A stretch of DNA of 64,000 bases from Lepidodermella squamata (lineage: Eukaryota; Animalia; Gastrotricha), in the NCBI GenBank assembly GCA_047495785.1, contig JBLDXI010000025.1, forward strand, positions 1,984,001-2,048,000, in the 5' to 3' direction. A program made the position numbers and the translations under genes. This document shows, piece by piece, positions 36,478 through 54,441 of this stretch; the first letter of the stretch is position 1; each line of letters begins with the position of its first letter. The notes under the pieces are model-generated. The model was not told the origin of the DNA. It saw only the letters and a program-made list of their open reading frames with translations, and did no database searches.

Positions 36478-39130
36478 ATGGCGGCTAAACGCATGCGAAC
36501 AGCCATCCACAAGTTCATGTCAGATCAGATCGCTGATCTGCGGGACAAAATGCGGGAGCTGTTCAACGAACAGGAGTACGATCCTAATCAACTTGGTGAG
36601 ATTCCCATTCTCTGAAAAAGACCCAAACTCACACTGAACCTTTTAGATTTTGATGGCAACACGTATTTGCACCATGTTTTGAGGTTGGAAGCTCACGTTG
36701 AGGACGATAGCATAACTGTACCTTTGGTTTATGTCCTTGGTAATGCTGGCATCGATCCAACGATTACAAATGACCAAGGAGAGGCTCCCCTTCATATGGC
36801 TGTTCAAATGAAGTGTACACCCATAATGATAAACGCCCTACTCAAAATCGGGGCTGACCCGCTTCAACCTAACAACAAAGGTATCACTCCCCTGAAAATG
36901 GCTCTGAGGGGAGACGATGAGAGTTACTTACTGCTGTTCATCAACCGACCTGGCCTATTCCAAGCAGCAAAGCAAGGCGATGTTAGAAAAGTCGAGTATC
37001 TCATGGATTGTTTCTACCGACCCGACCCTGTGTGTTTCGGGGTGAAGTTATCCGACGTCATTCAAGACGACCCTGATACCCAGTTCGCAATTTCGAACAA
37101 AGATACGAAATCCCTGTTTTTCCACGCCTGTATGGCTGGAGATGCTGTCAACGCCCGCGAGTATTTTTACCGCTTGAAAGATGTGAGACTCGAGGATATT
37201 CAGGATCCGATGTTTTTCGACAATGACGGCCAGTTGCCAATGTCGATGATGGGCTACGCACTCCTGCTTAACCTACCAGAGATCGCAACTATGCTGCTCG
37301 AACTCGGCGGAGATATCAATAAGAAAATAGAGATAAATGAAACAACGAAGGTTCCCCTTTACTGGTACTGTATGACCAATACCAAAAAGATTGAGTATGG
37401 CAGTGCATATTCAGTCGTTTTGCAAAAGGCTGATCTCGCCTCTCTGAGAAAGGACGCTGCCGGGGTCCTTTACATGGCCTGGCAAAGAAAATGGCCACTG
37501 GATGTTGTTCAAACCTTCGCAAAGGCTAAAGGCTTCATCTCACGGCGAAATCTGTTCGGTCATACTGCTCGCGATTTGATCCTAATCAAATCGATCACAG
37601 CTCGCATGGTGACATGGCGCGAAGAGCTATATTTCATCGATCGACATGTTCGAGAAATGTTGGAGGAATACGACTATCCGAAGATAGAAGAGCTGATTCT
37701 GAGCGGTTACGAGCAAGTCCCTCGAGTTCCTATCCAGCTACCCGAGCCTCTCGGTGCAAAGCCAACTGTTGGTGAGCGAAATCGTATGGAGAACGCGAAG
37801 CGTTTGAAGGAACTCATGGAATCCTATGCCGAAATCAAAAAGGCCTCTCGAATTATGTTCTCAAGCATTGAGACTGGTAACATGCCAGATTTCAGGGAGG
37901 CCCTAACCTCGCGGGCTGTTCAGGTTACGGACAAAGCTGCTCGAAACATGTTGCATCTGGCAGTCATTTTTGATCGCCGGGTCCTGGCTAAATTCTTGAT
38001 TGATAAATACCCTGACCTTGCAACAAAGAAGGATATTGTAAGCCATTTAACAAATGCTTTTTCTGTAATCAGTTTGGGTTGATTTCAGTTTGGGAGGACA
38101 CCGCTGCATTACGCCGCTGCATTGGATGAGTCTTCAGAACTTGAAGAGCAGTTGAAAAACAAGGGAGCTAGTTATAATGAAGTCGATGTGGTAAGATTCC
38201 TAAACCAAAATTCGAACTGCTAAACTAAGCAATTTCCTTGCTCATTCTTAGTTTGAAAAAAAGCCTATGGAATATGACAATGAAGCTGGTTTGGCAATGG
38301 TCGAAGACGAACGCGGGAAACTTTACGGTGCAGACGCTTATTGCTTGGAGATGTACGTTAGATTCGAAGAAGCCATCAAAAAGGGCCAGTTCGATTTGGT
38401 TCAAAAGCTGCACGCTGAGTTGAACGGAATCCCTATTGAAGTCATCACTCGAGACATGTACAGCCCGCCGCAGTATACGCCCCCTCGTGAAATTGTGTTT
38501 ATCGCTGTCGATGAAGATAAAGAACCTATTGCGATTTGGCTGGTTAAAAACGGAGCCGCCTGGGATGTTGTTAGCTTTGTGAGTATCTTTAAATTGTTTT
38601 ACCACAAATTTTACAGCTTTTTATTTCAGTTGGTAACCAGAAAGACCCCTAAACCGATCAATCTCTACACCGCAGCTTCATTGAAAGGAATGGAACAGTT
38701 GAAGAAGCTTATCATGCAAAAAGAGCAGGATTTCAAGCATAAGAAGGCCGAAGAAATGGCTAAAGCCGAAGAAGAACGTTTGAAAGATGTCGAGCGGCAA
38801 ATGAAGTACGAGGAGAAGATGATCAGAGAGGGAATGCTTGACGATGAAATCGTCGACGGTAACTTTTATCTTCCACGCATTTTTATCAATCCTAATCTCC
38901 CTGTATTAGATTTGAATGACGAAGCTCCTGATGGTTGGGATGAGGATGGGAAAGGTGAACCCGCCAAACATGCTGATGAATTAGCGATGGAAGAGGGCCG
39001 AGCCCAGCAACAGCAGCAGCAACAGCAACTTCTTATGCAACAGCAGTATCAACAATATCTGAATCAAGGGCACGTTAAGCCTCAAACTGGAACAAACCAA
39101 GGAAACACCAAAGGCTGCTCCCTGATGTGA
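36478..39130 (+). CDS. Ankyrin-repeat protein with a charged helical region, poly-Q tract and C-terminal CaaX (CSLM)
   Basis: Ankyrin motifs GNTYLHH, GEAPLHMA, GITPLKMA, RNMLHLA and GRTPLHYAA. Short GT-AG introns. Ends TKGCSLM-stop. Confidence 0.85.
39005..39056 (+). repeat. CAG/CAA coding repeat (poly-Gln)
   Basis: cagcaacagcagcagcaacagcaa... encodes QQQQQQQQLLMQQQYQQ. Confidence 0.75.
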
Positions 39131-40010
39131 AAGGACTATTTTAATATTGCACGCTTGACGATTTGTTTGAACATCAGATTTTGTTTCTTTTGCAAATGAC
39201 TTTACAATTTTCATCTCAACTCGGTAATTTCCGTTCAGAAGGAAATAAATTCTATGTTAACTGAGGTTTCCATATTGGTAAATCAACACAGGTGGTATGA
39301 TACTCGCAAATTAGAGAGTTAGGTACAATTATTTCTTATGCACTGGAGTGCTGTTCATTGCACACTGCATTAAATTTAGACTGATGTAGGAATTATCATG
39401 GTTATAGTTACTGTCTGGACACTTCATAAGACTGACGCAAAATGCTTACAGAATGGCGGGATAACCAAATTTGATACGAAAGAAGGTTGATTTTGTTGTC
39501 CCGGCTCATTTAATTAGTAAGTTGCAGTTGACTGACAGTACGGGGATTGAATGGAGAAATCAACTTTGACCTAATATGCTGACATTTTGAAATAGCCCTA
39601 ATGCTGTTAAATGCCTGTGCTGCTCTTTAGCGCAAGGAGGAAAATCGATCTATCTTGAATAACTTGAATAAGCTCCGGATGCAAAAGTCTGTCTCAGAAT
39701 ATAATAAACTGAAAGCTGATTATTCCATTATTTTATTATTCAACAGGCCTTGTCAACAGGGTCAGCTTTATTCGCAAATTTATCGGGAAGAAAAAATACC
39801 AAAACATGATTTGTCGTTAATAAAAGGTTCATAGAAGTCGGCCAGAATCGGGGCAAGGGCGAATTTTTTTGGCAACTCTCGGAATAATTGCCGCGGTTGA
39901 CTAGGCCTGGATTCAAAGCTTCTGAGTACTTATGTGAACTGAATAGGTTATCTTCGAGGTAATCAAACTTCCATCTTATATCGGCACAGGCGAAGTAAAA
40001 AAATTGCGCG

Positions 40011-40467
40011 TCAATAAATGGTCTTGTCAGACATAATATCTTTGGCCATCATCTGCGCCCATATATAGAAAGATACATTATTCTCGCAAATATTTCGCGA
40101 TCCAAGGATTTCGATGCATCTCGCCATTCGCTTGCGTTGTCGGTCGACTACCCTCATGTCACGCGCAAGTTTACGCAGGCCTTTCAAATTTCGCTGGCGG
40201 ACAAGCTCCAAAATCAATGATTCTGAAATGGGAAACATCTTATACAAGCTATATCATATAATGTTGCATAGAAAACTTACTTATCCTAATCTCGTTTGAC
40301 GATCCATTTCTCGCAATAACTGTGGACAGTAGCTCCCGAGCAATCCCCATTTGTTCGTCGATCGCAGGGTGAGATGTAGCTTCAACGATGCTGTTATCAC
40401 TTTGCTTATCACCCGCGCATTGATGAGAGGAAATGGCGATTAAGAAAAGTATATTGGCTAGGTGCAT
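40011..40467 (-). CDS. Small secreted orphan protein, putative peptide precursor (2 exons)
   Basis: Signal peptide MHLANILFLIAISS; one short intron; RKR followed by MARCIEILGSRNICENNVSFYIWAQMMAKDIM. Paralogous to 42684-43138. Confidence 0.72.
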
Positions 40468-41508
40468 TTCAACCGCTTCAGATGGGAATGAGCGATGAAT
40501 AACAAAAGATGCTTAATATAAGGCCGTACTTGATTAGTCAAGGACCGCTCTTCAACTTTGTTTATAAATCTATCAAAGATCTTCCCAGGAGTGACAGTCC
40601 CTTGTTGACACGTAAGCATGCTCCTCAAATTGATAGGCGGTTCGCAGAAACTAGTCTTCGGCGCTTCATGACAACAATGTGTTCATATTAGAAATGTGGA
40701 CAAGTGCAAGTTGATCTCACTTCGAGTTCACCGGTGAGAAGAATTTTGAGTATTAAGATAATAAATTGAGATCACCAGCAAGGAGAGAATGCAGCCGAAG
40801 TAAATGAGATTAGGTTGCGAAATGTCGATACAACTAAAGGTGCATTCTCAATTCCACGCTGGAACAAGCAATAAATTCCGGCTTTTGATAACATTCCGCG
40901 AACCTAACCACCAAGGCTGAGTTGGAAGTGGGCATATTGCTTGAGGGTGAACTATTTTTGCAATGGGTTCACGATGTATGTTCCCAATCTCTCCTTGACG
41001 AAGATCATGGGTCTGTAACATGAAAATTACACAATTTCCAATTTCACATTCAAATGTGGGTTTACGCACCGCAGCCCGCCTTGCCCATCTCTGGGATATC
41101 GTATCTGGTAATCGGAATATTATTTTTTCCATATTTTTGTTGGAGAACCTAATTCCCAACTCATTCCAACCTAAACCATCTCGAACTCTGCATCAATGCC
41201 GGTTAATTTGACTATTTTAAATTCAAATATATTGTTTGACCGAAAAACTTGAACTGCTTGCTCTATTTACGGGGGATATTTATACGGGCATATAAATAAC
41301 TGACGCTCATCTTTTACTGCTGTCTCAATTACACTGAATACGGACAGGTTCGGTGTCTCATCACCAGCGTACATAAGCAGACACGGGTTAATGAGGACGA
41401 GTCTATACAGCTTGTCAATACATAGGACAAAACATCATTAATTGCAAGCCATAAACATTCCGTGACCTTGATATACCTGCCTATCCGTATACCTGCAGGA
41501 ACCTGCTA

Positions 41509-41685
41509 CAAGGTGGCCAGAAAAAGCCGCAGGGCCGAAGTCCACTGCTTGGAGTCCGTCTCAATGTAAGGAGTTGAAGAATTTCACGTATTCTTTTGCC
41601 GATGAAGCTCCTATTTTTCAATTTCTTAATTGACACGCACTCCAATCAATGAACTTAGCCCCTACGGCTATTTGTGGCCACCCTC
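41509..41685. mobile_element. Degenerate Tc1/mariner-type MITE related to 32323-32435
   Basis: TA|CAAGGTGGCCAGAAAAAGCCGCAGGG ... CCCTACGGCTATTTGTGGCCACCCTC|TA. Confidence 0.65.
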
Positions 41686-42683
41686 TATATAACAAATGAA
41701 ACTTGAATTAATTGTAAAAGAAACGCTTATCAGAGCGAGAAGTCTTCGAGGATCAAGTTTCCGCTTGAACTTCAGCAAAGAGTTAAAAACAGATGAAAGT
41801 TCATTTAAAGAGACCACATTTGAAACATATTCCGAATATGTGTTTAGTATTTAGTAGGGTAAGGTTAGCAAATATGCATAAACAATATATATTTTTTCAA
41901 AGAACTGCCACTCGTCATCCGTGAGGTCTCTTGGGCTTATATTTTGACAACAGACGGTCAGGTTAAGCTCGCAAAATCCCATGAGCAAATTCCTCACCGT
42001 TGGCGAGCCATCGCCACTCAAAGTTAAAAAAAAGGAAAAATTGATAATCTCTCGACAGTGCCCCAAATTTGCATAAAAATTCATTTCTGAACCTAAACTG
42101 CATACCTTCGAGAGATACATTTATTGCACTGTCGAAAGAATTTTCCCCTTTTTTAATTTTGAGCCCGGTAACGATGAGGAATTAGCATGTGAAATGTTGT
42201 GAGCTCACTCTGATGGAATCTGACCGTTTGTGGTAAACATATAGGTCATGGTCATGGTCATGGTTAAGGAACAGCAAGCATTCGAGAAAATTCGAAAATT
42301 TTTTTATGCATATTTAGGTAACCTTTAGGTAACCTATGTATCATGAAAACTTTCAGAACTATTTTGGGTTTGAGAGTGATATCCGGTTATAATTCGGACC
42401 GGATATGAAGGTGGCTTTAGTAGTTTAGCAGTAGTTTAGTAGATTAGTGCCTCCTAATTTAAACATATTGATTTCACTCCCTCGATTTAAAAATCCGAAA
42501 AATACTTTATCTGTAACAAAATGGTAGAAAAAGAGTGTAAATACAGGCCACAATGCAATAGTTTCAAATGGTAAAATGCAATAGTCAAATCATGGAGCAG
42601 TCAGTCACATATGAAAAGTCATGGCAAACAACCGATCGAATTGTGGTGATTGTTTTGATGAGCATGATCAGCAATATTCTTTC

Positions 42684-43138
42684 TCATTGCTTCTTCCCGG
42701 TCATGATATCTCGTGCTATCATTTGCGCCCATAAGAAGAAAGCTGCCGAGTTTTCACAGATCTGACGGGCGCGAAACTTTTCCATGCAGTTTTTGTACCG
42801 CCGTTTACGTTCCTCGTGAGCTTGGATGCTTTTAACGAATTTAGTCAAGCCATCCACGTCTTTGTTGTCCACATAGGATTTAATCTGATTTTCTTTAAAA
42901 AAATTGGTTAAAAAATTATCCTCCAAATAGCAGAGAGTGAAAACTCACTTAGTTTGGAGCTTGAAAATTGCTGGCCGATAGAATGCAGAAGCTGTCTTGT
43001 TAGGGCTTTATCTAGTTTTCCTGATTTGTCTATTGCAGTCTCTTTGCTCATCTTAATTGGAACCCCTTCGACAATCGCCGTAGCGCAATACAGCACTACA
43101 AAGGCAGCCGAAGCCGCAGATCTGGATGAAAGAAACAT
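42684..43138 (-). CDS. Small secreted orphan protein, putative amidated peptide precursor (2 exons)
   Basis: Signal peptide ending in IVEG|VP; RKRR then YKNCMEKFRARQICENSAAFFLWAQMIARDIMTGKK. TATATATA lies about 45-50 nt upstream of the ATG. Confidence 0.75.
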
Positions 43139-43761
43139 TATGGATGGCTATTCGTCTGAAATGCGATTAAAAGCCGCCAGTATATATAGAGCAGCTTGGG
43201 CAAAAATGTTATGACAAACCTGACAGGTGAGTATAATAAGGACCCTGTTTGACAGGCGTGAGGCTGTCGCGTGCGGGCTACCGCAGTCCTGTTTGGTGAA
43301 CTTGAAACTGAAAATTGAATGGTCATTCCCATCTTGGTGGTCCGATTCGATCTGTAATATCTGTAATAACGTGTCCACGGTGATATGCATACTCCTAATA
43401 TGGTGTCCTCAAAGACAGGGTTTGGTTAGATTCTCAGGCCATGGGTTAATGGAATATATAGACTTAAGCGCTAGCTAAAATATAAACAATTGTCGAGTAA
43501 AAACATTTAATCTGTCAAAATTCGATTTAGTACGTGCTATGGACACATGTTTCCGAGAGCGCTATTTTTGAATATAAAACATCAATCAAAATAATTTTAC
43601 AAAACGAATTAACCGCCTTGTATGTGAGATCAAAAAAGAGACGTTTTTATAACATGAAACTGCATATAACTGGAACAGAATTCAGTGAAAATTCGCAAAA
43701 AACAACTCGCATGAACATGCAGTCTAGCGTAAAGTTCGCAGAGTATTCTTTCGAGTAAGAT

Positions 43762-48591
<4,830 letters not shown>

Positions 48592-48898
48592 ATTTCATTT
48601 TAATGTGAATACGAGCCCTCACTGTAAATTATCGATTACTTTTGAGACTCATTGATTGAATTTGAACGCGTGATTGCGTAATGCGTAATAATCATGCGCT
48701 GTGCGCACCTGCCTCGATAAACCTATAAATAAACCTCGATATAATACTTTAGTATATTATCATCTCATTACGGCACCCAATTTTATTCATCTATTTATTC
48801 CACGCTAGTTCTATAGCTACAGATATCTTGTCAAGATTTTACATCACTGCGTTCAATTAAATGGGACAACTGAAAATATAACGAAGAAGTTGCTGACG

Positions 48899-50347
48899 CT
48901 ACGTTGCCGCCTCAGCTATCGGCAAAAATCTGTCAGGTGTGGGATAGTCAGCTTCAGGTTTCACCGCGCGCATGCGGTCTGTCGTGCTGTACAACCATGT
49001 CTGCATCTGTCCGGTTGTTCGCGGCGCTAATTGCAGCGTCTGCTCAAAGTAATATCGATTGCGCGCGGCTGTCACCGCATCGTCAGAATTTGTCTTGGAT
49101 TGATACATGTTAAGCGCAAGCCATAGTCTCCTCCTTATCCGAGCTAACTTCGCATTGGACAGGGTCGATTCTGCGAGGGTTGAAAACATAAGATAAATAG
49201 GTCGTGCTAAGCAAATAAAATGTACCATTGAAGAAAAGTAGGCCGAATAGAAGCGTAACTTCGATGAAAGAAGGTCCCCATTGGGCAAGCACGTCTGCAA
49301 GATGATCGTGCGCATCCATGACACCCTAAAATGTTCAAAAACATGATTAAATGTTATTTGAGGTGCGAATATGATAACCTTAATGTCAGGAAATTGGTTC
49401 AACAAGGGGCGCCGCATATTAGCATGCAGACCAAAAAATCCTTGGGGACACGAACCAGGCAGGGCGTGATAAATGGTTGAAGCGTGTTGGATAAAATTCA
49501 GCATTATTGCAGCGTATTCGTACTTTTCCAATCCCTCTGCATCTGATAATTTTATAACAACAATAATTAAATGAATTAGGAGAGAAATCAGCGCAAACCG
49601 CCAAGAAATCGGCAATAGGATCCGGAAACTATGACGCCATGATAGAAATTCTGCATTCCCAGTTGAATCAACGTATCAAGACCCATTTGGCTGTTGTATT
49701 CGCTAACCAATTTCATAGGCCCCTGGAAAGCTAAATGAAACACTAATTCATCTCATCACTGATTCTTACAAATTCAAGGCCGTGGAGTTTCGTGAAAGAT
49801 GCTGCCGCGCTTCTCATCGTGCTTTCGATAGAAGTGAAATCGTACATGATTGGATCTCGAATCAACTGGGTGTCACTTTCCGGCGATTCTTCGGCCCTAG
49901 CTTCAGATGATTCCTTTAGAAACAAAGAACTTATGTTAAGCCGAATTGCTTGTTAAATCTCACTTCTTTCGGTTCCTTCGGGCCCTTTACAGTCAGCCCG
50001 CCAGAAATGCATCTTTCGAGCCTGCATCTAGCACAGCTACGGCGATTGGTTTGTGTAATGATGCATTTCCCGTCATTGCTACAATCCAGTTGCTCACGGC
50101 GGTGTACATAGCGTCGGAAAAATTTCTGAAAATGCAACACGAAATCGATGCAAAGTCCGAGGGTTTCAGCAAAATCTGTATTACCTGGCAAGCTTCGCAA
50201 ATCTTCGGCTGATAGTCTTTTCGCCTCGGAACTTCGGCTTGACAAACCTTGGACAAAGCAGCAACGTATCGCGTTAATTACTAGCCTTTATGCGTGATGT
50301 AAAGAATTTACCTTACAATACATGACGATCCTGCGTTTCGCCTGCAT
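48899..50347 (-). CDS. Divergent nuclear hormone receptor (C4 zinc-finger DBD plus divergent LBD-like region), paralog A
   Basis: The spliced DBD reads MQAKRRIVMYCK|VCQAEVPRRKDYQPKICEACQ|KFFRRYVHRREQLDC..CIITQTNRRSCARCRLERC..GL. C-terminal exons are partly uncertain. Confidence 0.82.
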
Positions 50348-50911
50348 TTTCTTCTCTTTTAATTCCGCTTGAAATTTTGTATCTGTGATGTAGGTAAATC
50401 GATCGGAGAATGTACCCATCTCATGCGATTAGTGTCGCGCTCCTAATTTCAAAACTGACATGAAGTGTGAAATTCGATCACACGTCTGCAAACTAAGTCG
50501 ATCACTAAGAGTAAAAACGCTTAACTGTCACACTAAACCGTGCTTCGGAATATTCAGCAATCTGGCAACTTATGAACAATCCTGACTTGTATTCGATATG
50601 CTTGCGAAGATATGCGTAGAATAGATAACTCATTTTCAGAAACCGGCGTCTGTTTACGTCCTGTCCGCACCTTTCTTGATGTTGGCGCTTTCCGACGCCT
50701 TCGTGAAATATTTTGGGCGCGTAAGATGTAAAACGATATGAAACGTTGTCCCTACATGAGGCGATATTTATTCGTCGAGGAAAGCCGAAAACACTAATCA
50801 GTGATTCATCTGATGCATAAGACTGACGGCTGAGCAACAACAAAATTTTATTTTGGAAAAAGCGCATGTAATTATGACGCTTGAAGTAAAATTGAACAGC
50901 GATTATTGAAT

Positions 50912-51753
50912 TCATCCTCGTTTGGCTGGATGAACATTCTGCGGAAACTGACCCTCGTAATTACCAGGTGGGTAGTATCGAGCAACAACGTACAGGCCCG
51001 AGCGACCGCGCGCTATGCCGAAACCGACTAAGCGAGTGTTTTTCCAAACAACTTGGGTAAAATGACCTGAAAATATATCAAAGTGATAACGGGGGAATGA
51101 AAAACGCATTACACTGTATACCTGTTGCCATTGCGAAACCCGGCCGCCTGAAATTGTATTTCGAAACCTCACCGTACCAACTATTGACTGGCTCCGGATT
51201 ACGATAGCCGCTGCCAAACCAAGACAAATTTTCGCCATGACCAGTGTTCGAAGCATGTTGCATTTTGTTGATTGCCGCAAGGTGATTAGCCCAATTTTGA
51301 GCGGCGCTATTCAGCTTATTGTCCAAACTGAGAGGAGGGGCGCCATGGCGGGCTCTGAATTCGTTATGCTGACGTAGCCATTTCTGAAATTCGCCTCGAG
51401 ATCGATCATCGTTTTCCTCCTCGCCGTCCTCCTCCTTAGGATCTTCAACTTCTCCGTCATCAATATCTGCAATTCGTTGATCGAGGTCGGCGTGGGTAGG
51501 TATGTTATCCGCTTCCTCTTCGCTGATTTGCTCGTTCGGCAGGGTTCTTGTTTCAGCCCCGTTATCAGCCTCATCCTTGCTCAGAGTTTCGTCAAAGCTC
51601 ACCGCAGCGTCATTACCATCATCACCAAATCTAACAGAATCTGTGGCGCATCAATTTATGTCGAGTGCAATGTTCTCAGCATTTAAAAAAATTACCCGCG
51701 TTTTTATCAGATGAAACCAAGTAAACTATCAACAAATATATGTACACCCGCAT
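50912..51753 (-). CDS. Secreted CAP/SCP (GAPR-1-like) protein with an acidic N-region, tandem copy 1
   Basis: HNEFRARHGAPPL, GENL, GHFTQVVW and VARYYPPGNY; signal-peptide exon MRVYIYLLIVYLVSS. Confidence 0.9.
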
Positions 51754-52662
51754 AAAGCTCATATTACTTGCTTGATTCATGAACAAAAGTGCACGACAAT
51801 ACTGAACACTTTTGAGGCGAGGTAAAGGCTGAGCTTGGCTTGGCCCATGCTTGGCCCATTTGGCCACATAACATATGATACATTCTAATTATCAGACCAA
51901 GTTTACGGCTCACATCTGATGCAGCAAGCAAACAGTTGAATCTTGACCTCAAAAATGCAATAAGCAGAGCTGTTATTAAAACGAAGTCCTCCAACATCAG
52001 TTGCTTAGAGGTAAAGCAAAAAAAATTATTGGATTCTTTTTTTGCTATTTCCGATAAGGTTTCGATTTTACTCTTTGTTTTATTTTTCCACTTCAACAGT
52101 CCTCTATCCTCTATCTGGCATTTCTTCAGTTACCGCGTTCGATTTGGCGCCGCCATAAAATGCTGGTAATCAAGTTTTTTTCAAAGATGGGACTTCGGAC
52201 GAATAAACTAACCGCATTTCACAGCATCAATATACCAAAGTCCACAAATATTGTGAGCAATTGTGGAGAGTCTCATTCTCCAAAAGGAAGCTTTTGAGCA
52301 AAGCAAGATTAAAAAAGGTTTTTGCGAACATGCAGTGATTTCACGGCCGCGAATCTGTGTCAACAAACTCAGTTTTAATATAGCTGCGGTCGACTGGTTC
52401 ATGGTACTAACGATAAAATCGCGAATAGCGAATAGCCATTGTTTATCAGCAAAAAGCAGTAGCTGAACTAACAAAGCTTTCCAGCTTGCCTGCACAACTT
52501 TATCATGAATTCACGAACTACATCGGAGGCGAAAAATGTCGGAGATAACAACAATTTCTTCCTTTATTTGTTTGGCGATGTCAAAAGAGCGTTATTGTTT
52601 AGCAAGGAACAATAAGTTTCAAGTGTCACACTTTCAAACGGAATCACCGGCTTCAACCACGT

Positions 52663-53490
52663 CTAGCTCGTTGGACATTTTGCGAGAATTGGCCCTGGTA
52701 GTTTCCTGGTGGGTAGTAGCGAGCCACAACATAAACGCCAGAGCGACCTTGCGCTTTTCCAAAGCCAACCAAACGCGTTTTCTTCCAAACAACTTGCGTG
52801 AAATGCCCTATGAAATATCGATCGTGATAACATAGTTAAGCGCCTGATATGTGTATTTACCGGTCGCCATGGAGAAACCGGGTCGGTTGAAATTATACTT
52901 TGAGACCTCCCCGTACCAACCAATGACAGGCTCGGGATTGCGATAACCACGGCTGAACCACGATAAATTCTCGCCATGACCCGTGTTCGACGAATGTTGC
53001 ATTCTATTGATTGCCGCAAGGTGATTAGCCCAATTTTGAGCGGCGTTGTTCAGCCCGCTGTTCATTGCCAGAGGAGGTGCACCATGGCGGGCTCTGAATT
53101 GGTTATGTTGACGAAGCCACTTCTGAAATTCAGCCGTAGTCCTTAGATCGTCGTCGTCTTCTCTTTCATTTTCTTCTTCAACTCCTTCATTATCGTTGCT
53201 TTGTTCCAGGTCGCCGTTTTCCGCATTTTCCACATCTTCCTCGGTAATCATCCTATTAGGCAAGGTCTTCCATTCGCTCCGGACTCCGAGTTCGTCACCA
53301 CCAACTCTTTCTTCACGGCTCAGTGCGGCATCATGGAATGCATCATTACCATCAGTCTCAGATTTGACCAGGCCTGGGGTTCACGGAAAATCGAAAATCG
53401 TTAAAATGTTGATTCAGGATTCTTACTGGGTTTGCTCAGAGCTGATAGCAAAAGAAAAAAGAATAATTGCTTCTTGAATGGCTGGTTCAT
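52663..53490 (-). CDS. Secreted CAP/SCP (GAPR-1-like) protein, tandem copy 2
   Basis: HNQFRARHGAPPL, GENL, G|HFTQVVW and PPGNYQG; first exon MNQPFKKQLFFFLLLSAL. Confidence 0.88.
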
Positions 53491-53745
53491 TTGTTGTTGG
53501 AAGTCGTTATCGTTATAGAGTTGGTTTGCTATTTTAAATTTAAAAGCAAGTCTAAGGATCGCGTGACTTGCTGGGGTAGCAATGACAGAACGAATTTGTT
53601 GTGATGATTATGCAGCCGATTATGCCTGCTGTCAAAACTCAAACTCGATTTTTAAAGTCTTCATAAATGGATCTTTCAAATTTATTTAAAAAGCTTGAAA
53701 ATCGAATATTCAAATAATTGAAATGCATAATCACTAGTTATTCCA

Positions 53746-54441
53746 TCATCCGCGTCTCGGAGGCAAAACGTTTTGTGGGAACTGGCCTTGGTAATTTCCA
53801 GGCGGGTCATATCGAGCGACAATATACATGCCATTACGACCTTGAGCTTTGCCGAATCCAACATATTTTGTGTTCTTCCATACCACTTGCGTGAAATGGC
53901 CTTGAAAAAACAAACCAACAAATTGTGTGAAAACTTTCAGCTTAAATCTCATACCCGTTGCCATGGTGAAGCCTGGTCGGTTGTAATTGTATTGATTGAC
54001 CTCGTTGTACCAACTACCGACAGGATCCGGGTTTCGATAGCCCGTGCCAAACCAGGCCAAATTCTCACCCTGACCAGTATTCGAGGCATGCTGCATGCGT
54101 CCGATGTTGGAGAGATTGTTTGCCCACTGCTGAGCGGCGCGGTTCAGTTTGTTGCTGAGTTTGAGAGGCGGAGCGCCATGACGAGCGCGGTATTCGTTAT
54201 GTTGCCGTAGCCATGTTTGATGCTCGAATGATGCAGAACGCTCGTAATCACCATCATCACCTTCATCTACATCGTCGTCATCTCCGTCGACAGGATAATC
54301 TTCGCCGCCTTCATCTGGATCCTGCTGGTATACCCACCCTAAAAGAAAGCGTTTTCCAAAATGTTTGATGGCTTCGAGGCACAACTAACCAGCATTTGCG
54401 AGCCCGATGACCAGAAAAATAAGAAGAAAAAGTCGTGCCAT
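53746..54441 (-). CDS. Secreted CAP/SCP (GAPR-1-like) protein, tandem copy 3
   Basis: MARLFLLIFLVIGLANAG; acidic stretch; HNEYRARHGAPPL, GENLAW, GHFTQVVW and PPGNYQG. Confidence 0.9.

Noticed and set aside
42380-42430. Hairpin ATATCCGGT..ACCGGATAT as a Helitron 3' end
   Set aside because: No convincing CTRR terminus at the expected spacing and no second copy in the window.
49419-49615. Apparent signal peptide at the start of ORF 48899-49615 (MPISWRFALISLLIHLII)
   Set aside because: The ORF starts at a non-ATG codon and probably reads through intronic sequence. It is the 3' part of the nuclear receptor gene.
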